From: Bdellovibrio sp.
GTDB taxonomy: Bacteria > Bdellovibrionota > Bdellovibrionia > Bdellovibrionales > Bdellovibrionaceae
Assembly (NCBI GenBank): GCA_036677065.1
Contig: JAKFBS010000008.1
Span: forward strand, 118,593-182,592
DNA: 64,000 nt
Reading direction: 5' to 3'
Shown here one piece after another: positions 1 to 10,142 of the stretch. A program made the position numbers and the translations under genes. Numbering within the stretch: the stretch's first letter is position 1; each line of letters begins with the position of its first letter. The notes under the pieces are model-generated. The model saw nothing but the letters and a program-made list of their open reading frames with translations, did no database searches and was not told the origin of the DNA.

Positions 1-68
1 CTTTGTTTAACCAAAACTAATTACAGTCGATTACGGCGTCTCGTTTTGAGATCGTCTCAGAATGGTTT

Positions 69-85
69 TGGCACTTATTTCGTAT
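69..85 (+). promoter_or_regulatory. Possible sigma-54 promoter (variant -12)
   Basis: TGGCAC-TTATT-TCGT: GG-N10-GT instead of GG-N10-GC. Confidence 0.35.
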
Positions 86-97
86 CTGTTAAAGGAT

Positions 98-3000
98 ATG
101 AAAAAATCAATTCAAAATTCGATCGGTCTTTTAATTGCGTTAACAGTGTTCTCTGGGTCTTTATGGGCTCAAAACCACTCGAAGCTAACGCCTGAGCATA
201 ATCATGCTGCAGAACGCTTTACCGCCCAGAATTTGAAAAGCAACGGGGCTTTTGATTTAGCTAAGATCAATCAGTTTTTAGAGCGTTTAGCTGTCGAAAA
301 AAAATCGTTAGCCAGTGATATGTATGAAACTAAAATCATTGAAAAACTTGAACTAGAAATCGAATCACACAAAGATGCGATTAAATCTGCTAAAAAAGAA
401 TTAGATGCAAATAAGTCAAAATACATCCTGGCTTACGATCAATATTTAATTCCTAAGATGCAACAACTTAAAGAGTGCGTGGCCCTTGCGCGTCCGCAAT
501 TTAGCTGCGAAGGCCTGATGGATGATTTTATCACGGCTTATGCTGGATTTTATCTTCCAGAAGCACCACGTAATATTCTTCACCAAGATTTAGATGTTTT
601 ATTTATCGGTAAAAGTTTTTTAGGCTTTAAATACAAGAAAAATGAACAAAAAGTTGAAGCCGTTAACTTATTGGTAGAATCAGAGAATTTAGCGCGCACC
701 AAGGCTTGTGTTCCTGAAGTTAAAGCCGGTGATATCTTAGAACAGACTCAAATTCAAAAATTAAAAGCCTGTGGCGTCGATATTTCGGTTTATAATCCGG
801 CCGATGCAACACTTTGGAGAAAACACACGCGTGAATCTTATGCTGAAGCGCAAAATCTGCATCAGGATTGGTTTCCTCGTGATAACGAAATCATTTATTT
901 TAAAAAAGTAAAGTTCTCGTCTGCAGGTTCTCCTAAAATGGAAGGCGAATTCGAGCGCGACGGCGAAGACGTTGAAGTTAAAATCAAAATGGGCCACGAA
1001 ACACACGTTGAGATCACGACCTCTTTATTAGGTAAAATGATTGGTATGTACCAAGATACATCGGTGATGCGTAAAACATTACGCGTGTATTTTAAAGGTG
1101 ATATGGATTATGAGGCTTTCAAAGCTCAATGGAAGCGCAAATACACAGGCCTTAATAAAGAGCTCTCGTCATTTCTTTTAAATCACGGCGAAGACAGTCA
1201 CGGCAAATATGTAACTTTACAAGATGTGCAATTATCTATTAATGACCCTAAGTTTTTAAGAATTGCCGGTTATGATCCAGCAGGGTGGGATCTGCAAAAT
1301 CGCCGTGAACATCGCGCCCAGGTTTTATGGTTTGGTTTAGTGAATATGATCGACTCTAAAACAGGTAATCATATGTTGATGTTTGAAAAAACCGACAAAG
1401 GTTTAGTGCCACGTATGTCGATGCAAGATGTGGGTTATTCATTACAATTTCAAATCAATCCATTTCGCCCATTTCAAATTTTAAAATCAGCCTTGTCGTG
1501 GGGTGTAAACACATACGATTATACATTTTTAAGCTGGGATAATGACGGGGTTAAAATTCACTGGGCAGATATTTTCTTTACGCGTAACCGCTATGAGACA
1601 ACGACTTTTTCTGATTTAAAATGGATGGCCCGTCAAATTGCTAAACTTAGCCATGATGATATTAAGTACGCCGTAAAAAGTGCAGAGTTTCCGGCAGATA
1701 TCGAAGATCTATATATTCATAAAATTTCAAATCGCCGTAACGAAATCGTGCGCGCATTTGATTTGGTGGGTGAATTTTCGATTTATCCAGTTGTCGATTT
1801 TAAAACTTACAGCCCAAATAAGAATGTGAAAAACGGTGATGTGGTCGTAAGCCATTACGAGGGTTACGTCAGTTATGAACTTCCGCGTAATACATTGCTG
1901 CCGATCATTCTTCAAGGTGCTGCATCATTTGCAAAATTGAACGCTTTAAATAATCAATTGCAAGTAAAAGTGTCTAACGAGATTTCATTATCAGCGACGC
2001 AAGATCTTGGAAAAATTTTAAATGTTAAAGACATCGCAGGTGGTATCGGTTTAGAGCTTACTCGCAGTGTAGATAGCAACAGCCAATACGTGATGCGTGG
2101 TGATCAGTCGCAAGCCTTCGTGGTGCGCGATCGTTTAGCCGTAGAAATCAATGTCGGCTCTTCGTTGTTTTCAACTTTGAAAGGGTTGTTTCCGGATAAA
2201 TTATCTGTTAGCGGCAACATCAAAGTGTGGCGCCGTGAATTTGAATTCATCCATTTTGCCAATACCTGGAAAGAGGGCTACACCAGCAAAGTTAAATTAT
2301 TTAACTTTATCCCTAACTGGAAAAACTGCATCGTTGAATGCCTTGATCGCAGCGAAGTTTTAAAAATCTCTGATAGCTACGGTGTTTCGGTTGGCGCAAA
2401 AGTGCCCGTAGGTGCTGTGGCCGGCGTGCCACTTACTTTAGGGGCGAGTGTGTTCTGGCAAAATTCTAAGCCGACATATTTTTCGCGTGATCAGTTTAAC
2501 CAATTAGTGATTTATGAAGCCGAAAATTCAATGTTTGGTTATTCACAATCAGTGGGTGTTGATGCGGGCTTAGATTTAATCTTATTCAATCTACCATTCT
2601 TAGAATTTAGCAAAACCAGTTATTTCTATGATCACAAAAGTGCTTTATACCGCTTTTCGGCGCCAAAATCTGTTGCAAACTTTAATATGATAGAACAAAT
2701 GCGCGCTAAAGAAGAACAAGAATTACTAAGCCGTTATTTAGAATCAGGCGACAGTGATCCATTAGTTTTAGCTAAAAAAGATTTAGATATTAAAGCCAAA
2801 GGCCAAACAAAAAAATCGGCACTCAGTTTCTTATTCTTATTTAAAAAAGAAAAAGCTACGGGTTATTCAAAAGCGACAGTTAAAACTTCGGGTAAAGAAG
2901 TTAGAAACTTTCAGCGCTACAGCAGCGAACAAACAAGCTTATTTGGCGCTGACAAAAGCATTTTAGTGATCGATAAGATGGCGACCGTGGTTTATAAAGA

Positions 3001-3766
3001 CACGACGAAAATTTCAATTGAACTTGATGAAGCTGAGCCAGATAAAATGGTGGCTTACCTTGAAGTGTGGAACTATGAAAGAAAATTGAACCGTAAAAAC
3101 TTAGTTGAATACATCACTGATTTAAATAAATTCTATTCAAAAGATAAGAATACTCCGTTTTATTCAGATTATTTCTTGCCGCCCAAAGAACAAGTCGACA
3201 AGTACCGTAAGATTTACGGCCACACGCGAATTTATTTCTACGGTGATACTTTATTAAATACCTTGAAATCATACACGCCAAAGCAGCTAGAGGGTTTATT
3301 TGCGAACACTTATAAAGGGGATACGTCTTGCGCATATGGTATTGAGAAAAACAGTAATAACTGCCCGTATAAATATGATTTAAATCGTTTCTTAGGTGCG
3401 GTTAAAGATATGAAAAAATACACGGTGAAAGACCAGAAATTTCTTAAACAGTACTATAAAGTGTTAGATTCAATCCGTATCCGTGAAAACGGCGTTGATT
3501 TAGTAAAATACATTTTATCAGAACAAGATATGTTTGTGATGGGCGAAATTTACGGCGTGCACCCAAGTTATTCAAGTTTGCAAACCGATGAACAGTACGC
3601 TGGTCGCAGGTTCGCGGCAAAAAGCTGGGGAAGCTATAAAATACCGCCATTAAGAAAGTTTTTAAATAAACATTCGATCACGCATGAAAGTATTTATATC
3701 AACGGCGAGATCAATTTCGACGACATCTTTGGCCCTATGCCAACAGGTAATATCGATTATTACTAG
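98..3766 (+). CDS. Large secreted protein with N-terminal coiled coil, atypical kinase-like domain and beta-rich C-terminal half
   Basis: ORF 62..3766; ATG 98 gives a clean signal peptide (MKKSIQNSIGLLIALTVFSGSLWAQ); motifs AGSPK, VKIKMGHETHVE, IDSKTGN, MQDVG. Confidence 0.65.
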   Translation: MKKSIQNSIGLLIALTVFSGSLWAQNHSKLTPEHNHAAERFTAQNLKSNGAFDLAKINQFLERLAVEKKSLASDMYETKIIEKLELEIESHKDAIKSAKKELDANKSKYILAYDQYLIPKMQQLKECVALARPQFSCEGLMDDFITAYAGFYLPEAPRNILHQDLDVLFIGKSFLGFKYKKNEQKVEAVNLLVESENLARTKACVPEVKAGDILEQTQIQKLKACGVDISVYNPADATLWRKHTRESYAEAQNLHQDWFPRDNEIIYFKKVKFSSAGSPKMEGEFERDGEDVEVKIKMGHETHVEITTSLLGKMIGMYQDTSVMRKTLRVYFKGDMDYEAFKAQWKRKYTGLNKELSSFLLNHGEDSHGKYVTLQDVQLSINDPKFLRIAGYDPAGWDLQNRREHRAQVLWFGLVNMIDSKTGNHMLMFEKTDKGLVPRMSMQDVGYSLQFQINPFRPFQILKSALSWGVNTYDYTFLSWDNDGVKIHWADIFFTRNRYETTTFSDLKWMARQIAKLSHDDIKYAVKSAEFPADIEDLYIHKISNRRNEIVRAFDLVGEFSIYPVVDFKTYSPNKNVKNGDVVVSHYEGYVSYELPRNTLLPIILQGAASFAKLNALNNQLQVKVSNEISLSATQDLGKILNVKDIAGGIGLELTRSVDSNSQYVMRGDQSQAFVVRDRLAVEINVGSSLFSTLKGLFPDKLSVSGNIKVWRREFEFIHFANTWKEGYTSKVKLFNFIPNWKNCIVECLDRSEVLKISDSYGVSVGAKVPVGAVAGVPLTLGASVFWQNSKPTYFSRDQFNQLVIYEAENSMFGYSQSVGVDAGLDLILFNLPFLEFSKTSYFYDHKSALYRFSAPKSVANFNMIEQMRAKEEQELLSRYLESGDSDPLVLAKKDLDIKAKGQTKKSALSFLFLFKKEKATGYSKATVKTSGKEVRNFQRYSSEQTSLFGADKSILVIDKMATVVYKDTTKISIELDEAEPDKMVAYLEVWNYERKLNRKNLVEYITDLNKFYSKDKNTPFYSDYFLPPKEQVDKYRKIYGHTRIYFYGDTLLNTLKSYTPKQLEGLFANTYKGDTSCAYGIEKNSNNCPYKYDLNRFLGAVKDMKKYTVKDQKFLKQYYKVLDSIRIRENGVDLVKYILSEQDMFVMGEIYGVHPSYSSLQTDEQYAGRRFAAKSWGSYKIPPLRKFLNKHSITHESIYINGEINFDDIFGPMPTGNIDYY

Positions 3767-3767
3767 T

Positions 3768-5444
3768 TTACAATGTTTGTAGAAATTTAATTAAAGCTTT
3801 TTTATCAGCTGACGTCAGGATTTCCTGGCCGTCTTTAATAAAAATGTCTGTGTCATGACCGCGATTACTCATGCCTTTGCGAGCGGTATCATAAAAGAAG
3901 ACCTCTTGTTTCCAGTTGGTTGGCGTGTGTTCTGCGGTAGGATAGCCGTTGCAGTCAGGGTCAAAATCAGTGGCTGTGTTAATGGCATCACCTGCGTAAT
4001 AAGTTTTCGGGCGTAATTCAGATGGTGTTAGTATCGCACATAGCGATGGTACCGAGTTATTATGAAAGTACGGCCAGCGCGCCCAGATACCAACCAGAGG
4101 TGGCGGCACATAACCTTTTTGTTCTTTGATCACAATTTTGTTCGCTTTAGAAATTGATAAATTATTTAATTGTTCTAATGATTTCATACCTTGTCTGCGG
4201 TACGGATCAGTGCCGACATCAATTACCGGTGTTTTAGTTTTTGGAATCACCAGTGTCGTCGCTAATTTTTCGACGTGTGTAAGTTGGTCAGCGTTTGGCA
4301 AGTTCCAGGCTTTTTCGTAATTGCCATGGCATTTAGAACACGTTTGGTTAAAAATCTTTTCGCCTTGTTTTGCAGTATCAATATCGATTAATTCTGCAGG
4401 GTAAAAATCAGTAAACCTTGGAGCTTCAGAAGAAAATACAGCCGTTGTTAATTCATCGATAACTTTTTGATTGTCTTTAAGCCATTGTTCTAAAACTTTT
4501 AAATCAACGCCGCGGCCGATTTCATTCCAGATGATATTTGTGTAAATCGGGTTACCGCTTAGAATACTTCCGTCAGATAACCAACGGTTTTTGTATTTTA
4601 GATTCCACCACACCATAGGTTTTGAATCAGCCGGATTATGATCTAAGATCGCATCTGCGCGGGGAAATAACTCATTCCAATTAGAAGGTGTTGCATAAGC
4701 GTCTTGGTTACGATGATTTAATGATAGCGCCACTTGTGCAAGTGAAGTGTCTAAGCCCAGTTGAATCGGAGCTTTGGCGCCAACACGCTGAATGTTGGTT
4801 TTAAGTTCTTTCATTAATTGCGTTTCAGCGTCGTTGGCGCCTGATACAGATTTAAATAACCAAAGATCTACAGCGGGAGCCATTTTTTTAGCTTTAACAA
4901 AAAAATCATTTGCTGTCGGAAAACGATTGGTCATACCTAAGACTGTTTTTCCGAAGAGTTGACTTGAATGGCAAGCGGCACATGAAAATGTAAAACCAGT
5001 GGCGCCGTTGCGTTCAATTAAACCAAAACCCATGCGGTGTTCTGGGCGAATGCCGCGCGGGTACGGCACTTGATAGATTCCTGTATCGCTAACAAGTGGG
5101 TAGTGGTGTAAACCAAGATTTGCCATGACCTGATCAAAGCTGGTAATTCCTGAAACACCCTGAACGATACCATTTAAAATTTCTTTTAAAGGGTTGCCTG
5201 AATCATCTTCAATCACGTTAACAATGGGTTGGTAGGGCGGAAGCGCACCAGTGACAGAGACAGGATAAATCTGCGCATGGATTTTTCCGTTATCACGATA
5301 GGTTGAAAAATCCTGGGCTGAATAATTATGAATATTTGTGCGGCCACCGGCAGGAACCGCAACGCCTTCGTCCCAAAGGCTTTGAGCGAAAACCGAAGTT
5401 GATACTAAAAATATAAAAGCGATTATTCTTAAGTGATTCTTCAT
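3768..5444 (-). CDS. Secreted di-haem c-type cytochrome, RoxA (rubber oxygenase)/MauG-like
   Basis: Signal peptide; two CxxCH motifs (CAACH, CSKCH); DVGTDP; YVPPPLVGIWARWPYFHNNSVPSL; C-terminal SNRGH. Confidence 0.85.
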   Translation of the reverse strand: MKNHLRIIAFIFLVSTSVFAQSLWDEGVAVPAGGRTNIHNYSAQDFSTYRDNGKIHAQIYPVSVTGALPPYQPIVNVIEDDSGNPLKEILNGIVQGVSGITSFDQVMANLGLHHYPLVSDTGIYQVPYPRGIRPEHRMGFGLIERNGATGFTFSCAACHSSQLFGKTVLGMTNRFPTANDFFVKAKKMAPAVDLWLFKSVSGANDAETQLMKELKTNIQRVGAKAPIQLGLDTSLAQVALSLNHRNQDAYATPSNWNELFPRADAILDHNPADSKPMVWWNLKYKNRWLSDGSILSGNPIYTNIIWNEIGRGVDLKVLEQWLKDNQKVIDELTTAVFSSEAPRFTDFYPAELIDIDTAKQGEKIFNQTCSKCHGNYEKAWNLPNADQLTHVEKLATTLVIPKTKTPVIDVGTDPYRRQGMKSLEQLNNLSISKANKIVIKEQKGYVPPPLVGIWARWPYFHNNSVPSLCAILTPSELRPKTYYAGDAINTATDFDPDCNGYPTAEHTPTNWKQEVFFYDTARKGMSNRGHDTDIFIKDGQEILTSADKKALIKFLQTL

Positions 5445-5544
5445 GAAAAAATCATAGCTAAATCGAGATTAAAGAATCACTCTAAAAATGCTTGTCGCAG
5501 TGGGTAAAGCCGCTATTTTGTGCCCTATCTGCCTCATTTCACAA

Positions 5545-5560
5545 TGGCTGTGCCTTTGCA
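5545..5560 (+). promoter_or_regulatory. Sigma-54 (-24/-12) promoter
   Basis: TGGCTGTGCCTTTGCA = GG-N10-GC with TTGCA, upstream of SD TAGGAG and ATG 5604. Confidence 0.6.
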
Positions 5561-5603
5561 AATTAACGGAACATAAATTCTAACTCAACTTAGGAGATTC
5601 ACT

Positions 5604-6557
5604 ATGAAAATTATGACCCAATTAATGATGACTTTAACTGTAATTTTATCAGCAAATGCTTTTGCTGCCGATGTGGAAAAAGGCATAACTAAAGCAAAAC
5701 CATCAGCTGCTTACACGGCCGCAATGGAAGACATTAAATCAAGCTTAGGCATGGTTCCAACGATGTTCAAAATGTATCCGCCAGAAGGTCTTCCTGGTGC
5801 GTGGGAAGAAATGAAAGCCGTGCAAATGAATCCGAACACACAAATTCCCGGAAAGTATAAAGAACTTCTTGGTCTGGCCGTTTCAGCACAAATCCCGTGT
5901 AAGTACTGCGTGTACTTTCATAAAAAATTTGCTGCACTTCAGGGGGCGACAGAGGCTGAAATTAACGAAGCTATGGCGATTTCAAGTCTTGTGCGAAAGT
6001 GGAGTACTTACGCGTATGGTGCAAATTTAAATATGGATACATTTAAAAAAGATGTCAGCCAGCTCATTAGCAACACGAAATCACAAATGCAGAAAAACAC
6101 GCCAGCACCTGTGGCTATGGAAGCTGCAAATATCACAACGGCAGATCTGGCGATGAAAGACATTCAAAGTATGTATGGTTTTACGCCAAACTTTTTAAGT
6201 GAATACCATAAACCAGCGCTACCTGGCGCCTGGAAAAGTTTGCGTGATTTTCACTTCAGTCCAAATACAGCTCTGCCTTTGAAATATAAAAACATGATTG
6301 GTTTAGCCGTGGGTGCGCAAATGCCTTGCGATTACTGCACGCATATTGATGGTGAATTTGCCAAACTTAACGGAGCCTCTGCCGATGAGCTTAAAGAAGC
6401 CGTTCTTGTTGCGGCCACCGTACGCCACTGGAGTACCTACTTAAATGGTTTATCGATGGACGACGGTAAATTTCGTCGTGAAGTCGACCAAATGGTCTCT
6501 ATGATGAAAAAGAAAATGGATGCGGTTAAAACTGATCGCCAAGCCGCAAATCATTAA
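5604..6557 (+). CDS. Exported tandem carboxymuconolactone decarboxylase/AhpD-like protein
   Basis: Signal peptide; two internal repeats each with KYKxxxGLAVxAQxPCxYCxxxH-like motif (CKYC, CDYC); SD TAGGAG. Confidence 0.85.
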   Translation: MKIMTQLMMTLTVILSANAFAADVEKGITKAKPSAAYTAAMEDIKSSLGMVPTMFKMYPPEGLPGAWEEMKAVQMNPNTQIPGKYKELLGLAVSAQIPCKYCVYFHKKFAALQGATEAEINEAMAISSLVRKWSTYAYGANLNMDTFKKDVSQLISNTKSQMQKNTPAPVAMEAANITTADLAMKDIQSMYGFTPNFLSEYHKPALPGAWKSLRDFHFSPNTALPLKYKNMIGLAVGAQMPCDYCTHIDGEFAKLNGASADELKEAVLVAATVRHWSTYLNGLSMDDGKFRREVDQMVSMMKKKMDAVKTDRQAANH

Positions 6558-6574
6558 GTTATAATCTAGCTAAA

Positions 6575-6610
6575 TAGCCTGCGCGAACGACCGAAAAGTT
6601 CTGCAGGCTA
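6575..6610. terminator. Hairpin between convergent genes
   Basis: TAGCCTGC...GCAGGCTA with inner GAAC/GTTC pairing. Confidence 0.5.
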
Positions 6611-6614
6611 GTAA

Positions 6615-7301
6615 TTATTTCTTTTCCTGAATTAATTTATTTCTGATCCACGTTCTGATATGTGAAAGTTCTATTTCAGATAATCCCACATAATTGGCAG
6701 AAACCAGGTAGTGATCTTTTTGAATTTCAGAAGTGTTCACACGAATTGAAACTGTCGTTTTTTCAAACAAGCTAAAAAAATCCGAGCTGATTTTATAAAT
6801 TTGCCCAGGAATAAACCCCACATCAGAAGAAAACTTTATGCTGATCTCAGAAGTCGAAGTGATGTTGAGTTTCATCGGAACCGACGCTGGTTTATTCACA
6901 CTAGCGCTGACGAAATCATCTTGTTCGTTAGACTGTACTAAAAGCTTTTTTAATTTCTGCATTAATACATCAGGATCAATCGGCTTAATCATGTAATCAT
7001 TAGCACCGACCGCAATTGCTTTTTCAACGTCAGCAGGGTCGCGTTTGCCGGTTAACATAAGAATTGGAACTTTAGAGTTGATGTTTGGCTGTGAACGAAC
7101 CGTTGAAATTAAGCTAAAGCCGCTTGTTCCCATGGGCATCACAGCATCAGTGATAACCACATCGAATTTTTCACGTTGAAGATGCTCAAAAGCATCTAAT
7201 GAATTTGTGCATGAAATTACAATGAAGCCCTCTTTTTTCAAGATAGCATCTAAAGTTAACAACACGCTATTTTGATCATCTACAATAAGAACGGTTTTCA
7301 T
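6615..7301 (-). CDS. Response regulator (REC plus degenerate PilZ-like C-terminal domain)
   Basis: VLIVDD, ITDAVMP, LMLTG, YMIKP; overlaps kinase stop by 4 nt. Confidence 0.9.
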   Translation of the reverse strand: MKTVLIVDDQNSVLLTLDAILKKEGFIVISCTNSLDAFEHLQREKFDVVITDAVMPMGTSGFSLISTVRSQPNINSKVPILMLTGKRDPADVEKAIAVGANDYMIKPIDPDVLMQKLKKLLVQSNEQDDFVSASVNKPASVPMKLNITSTSEISIKFSSDVGFIPGQIYKISSDFFSLFEKTTVSIRVNTSEIQKDHYLVSANYVGLSEIELSHIRTWIRNKLIQEKK

Positions 7302-9817
7302 GAGGCCTTCCTTTGACTCGCTTTAATATCATCAATGCGTTCATTGATTCCCGCAATAGCTAATGCATAACAAAGTTGAGCTTTGCTAATTTCACTAGCC
7401 AGGGCATTCGTCAGTGAGGGGTTGTTCTCGTCAGCTAATTTTTCAACAGTTGTTAAAATTTGGTGTAGCTCGTGTGCATCAAGTTCAGCGGCCGCTGATT
7501 TTAAGCTATGTGCCGTCTGGTAAAGTTCTGCATAATTATTTGCAGCCAGTAATTCACTTAACTTGGCAATTTGATCTGGCGCCGTTTCAGAGAAGTCTTG
7601 TAACAGCACTTCGATAAGTAATTTATCGCCCACTGTTAAATGTTTAATCTTTTCTATTTGGCTGGCAGTCGCAATCGTTGCCGTGAAATAAGTTTTAAGT
7701 AAGTTAACTAATTTGTTTAACTCGATAGGTTTAGTTAGAAACGCCGCCATACCGGCTTTAATGTTATCATCAAAGTTAGCTTGTCTAACATCAGCGGATA
7801 AACCAACAATCGGTGTCTTTTTAAAATCAGGATTGTTTTGCTGTAAAGCCACAATCTTTTTTGTCGCTTCCAGGCCGTTCATCACCGGCATATTAGAATC
7901 CATCAAAATTAAATCAGGATGGTGGCTTTGGTAAATCTTAATAGCTTCTTCACCGTTATTTGCAATGATTGATTGTAGACCAAGCTTAGATAGGTAATTC
8001 GTGATCACTTTTTGATTTACGGTGCTGTCTTCAGCAATCAATACAAGCCCTTGAAACTGATTCGTGAATAGCAGTGATTCAGCATCCATTTCAGCAGTGT
8101 CAGCGATTGTCAGATTACAAGCTTCAAGCGGAAGGCTGAACCAAAACTGTGTGCCTTTGCCTAATTCGCTGCTAACACCAATTTCACCTTTTAAAAGATC
8201 GACTAATTGTTTACAGATATTTAAACCAAGCCCCGTGCCGCCGACCGTTTGGCCATTTTTAGTTTGAAAGTATTTTTGAAACAGATGGCTAACTTCAACC
8301 GGTGTCATCCCGCTGCCAGTGTCTTTAACGATCACTTTTGTGTTAAGCCCTTCCGAGATAAATTGCAATTCAACCGAGCCAACTTTAGTAAATTTAATCG
8401 CATTACCGATCAGATTAATCATAATCTGACGAATACGATTGGCATCAGAATTAAATGACTCTTGTTTTAACTCTGAGAAATTTAATTTTAGCTCGATATT
8501 TTTTTCCATCACCAGAGGTTTAAAGTTATCAGCGATCTCGTGAGCCAATGCTTTTAGACTAAACGGGGCATTGGTAATATCTAATTTACCAGCTTCGATT
8601 TTTGAATGATCCAGAATATCGTTAATTAGTGTTAATAGCGATTTAGCCGAGCGCTGAATCGTGACCACGTAATCTTTTTGGTCTTCGTTAAGCTTTGTCT
8701 CTTTAAGCAGGGTAGTTAAGCCTAGCACTGCATTCATCGGTGTTCTAATTTCATGCGACATCGAAGCTAAAAAGTCTGATTTTAATTTTGAATGTTCTAC
8801 GGCACGCTCTTTTTCAGATTGCCAGAATTGTTCAAGCTGTTTTTTAGTCGTAATATTTTTTAATACCACTACCGAGCCCGAGGTTAAACCTTTGTCATCG
8901 ACATAATAGCCGTTAGAACAAGATACAAAAATTCCTTCAGGGTGAAGTGGATTTTTAATCACAAATTCTTGTTCGGTCACCATGTGCTTTTTAAGCGCGG
9001 TGTACATCGGAAGTTCTTCTTTAGCCAGCTTGCGACCATCAGCAGATTGAAAACCCATCACATCAATCGAACTTGAATAAAAAATATCATTAACTACAGG
9101 GCCGATAATGTTTTTGGCAGATTCATTGGTGAATGTGAAAAAGCCGTACTTATCAGTCACGATCACGCCTTCTGACATATTGCTGATGACTTTTTTAAAG
9201 GTATCAACTTGCGAGTTCAGCATAATGTTTTCTTTGCGGGTCGTGCTGAATATGAACAGTAAGTGAAGCACAGACAAGGCTAACGAAAGTAAGCTAATCG
9301 CTAAAAATGTTGATTCGTTATTAAATTTAAGTTCGCCGACATTCTTTTTGAATAGATCCATCGGCTCAACTACAAGTTTTGTGTGAACCGTGGCACCCGA
9401 AGCGATAAAGTTTTTAACAGATTCAAAGTAGTCGGCATAATTCAGTGATCGCTGGGCTAAAGTATTGTGAACAGAGGCCTTCTTAGCTTGTGCTGAAGAT
9501 AAAGCCTGAGTCATCAGCGAGTTATTGCGTGTTGAAAAATTATTGTACTTGTTTGAGCGTGCGACTTTTTGATCGGCTGTGTATTCAGGGCTTTCAATGT
9601 AGCTTTTAAGCGACACGATGTTTTCTTGCCAAGCATTGACGATTTCATACAAAGCTTTTTCTTCTTTAGTCAGCTGCTCTTGAGTCACAAAAAGTGAATT
9701 TAGGTTCTGACTTAAACCTGATTGATAAGAAAAAGCCAGCATCAGAAAAAATGCAAAATTAGCTAATCCAAAAATATAAAAATGGCGTTTTAAAAATGCC
9801 GTAAGCAGCTTCGTCAT
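7298..9817 (-). CDS. Membrane hybrid sensor histidine kinase (PAS-HisKA-HATPase-REC-HPt)
   Basis: Two TM segments; [50 protein letters not shown]. Confidence 0.95.
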   Translation of the reverse strand: MTKLLTAFLKRHFYIFGLANFAFFLMLAFSYQSGLSQNLNSLFVTQEQLTKEEKALYEIVNAWQENIVSLKSYIESPEYTADQKVARSNKYNNFSTRNNSLMTQALSSAQAKKASVHNTLAQRSLNYADYFESVKNFIASGATVHTKLVVEPMDLFKKNVGELKFNNESTFLAISLLSLALSVLHLLFIFSTTRKENIMLNSQVDTFKKVISNMSEGVIVTDKYGFFTFTNESAKNIIGPVVNDIFYSSSIDVMGFQSADGRKLAKEELPMYTALKKHMVTEQEFVIKNPLHPEGIFVSCSNGYYVDDKGLTSGSVVVLKNITTKKQLEQFWQSEKERAVEHSKLKSDFLASMSHEIRTPMNAVLGLTTLLKETKLNEDQKDYVVTIQRSAKSLLTLINDILDHSKIEAGKLDITNAPFSLKALAHEIADNFKPLVMEKNIELKLNFSELKQESFNSDANRIRQIMINLIGNAIKFTKVGSVELQFISEGLNTKVIVKDTGSGMTPVEVSHLFQKYFQTKNGQTVGGTGLGLNICKQLVDLLKGEIGVSSELGKGTQFWFSLPLEACNLTIADTAEMDAESLLFTNQFQGLVLIAEDSTVNQKVITNYLSKLGLQSIIANNGEEAIKIYQSHHPDLILMDSNMPVMNGLEATKKIVALQQNNPDFKKTPIVGLSADVRQANFDDNIKAGMAAFLTKPIELNKLVNLLKTYFTATIATASQIEKIKHLTVGDKLLIEVLLQDFSETAPDQIAKLSELLAANNYAELYQTAHSLKSAAAELDAHELHQILTTVEKLADENNPSLTNALASEISKAQLCYALAIAGINERIDDIKASQRKAS

Positions 9818-9827
9818 GACTGATTAC

Positions 9828-9854
9828 TTATCGTCATTTTGAGAGCGAATTTAG
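9828..9854 (-). promoter_or_regulatory. Sigma-28 (FliA)-type promoter of kinase/regulator operon
   Basis: CTAA-N15-GACGATAA, 10 nt before ATG. Confidence 0.5.
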
Positions 9855-10043
9855 AGTCAGGTCAGAGTGAAAACTTAGTTTTTAAAGGTCTTTTTTTGAT
9901 TTTTTTTCTGACTTTTTATGTCGTGGTCCAGGTGGCAGGAGAAATCAGAATGGTCCTGTAAAAAAGATAGTCAAATTAAACATATTTAAAGTCAAAAACT
10001 CGTGCGAAAACAATGAGTAGATAAAATCATGACGCGGTAAATT

Positions 10044-10086
10044 CGCTCAGGGTTTCAGTCAACAATGTTAACTGAAACCCCGAGCG
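10044..10086 (-). terminator. Long RNA hairpin downstream of argH
   Basis: 21-nt inverted repeat arms whose two mismatches are both G-U pairs on the minus-strand RNA. Confidence 0.6.
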
Positions 10087-10142
10087 TCGGAAAATAGGCA
10101 AGAAATTTCTTAAGAAGTGTTCTGCTAGTAAAAAGTATTTTA

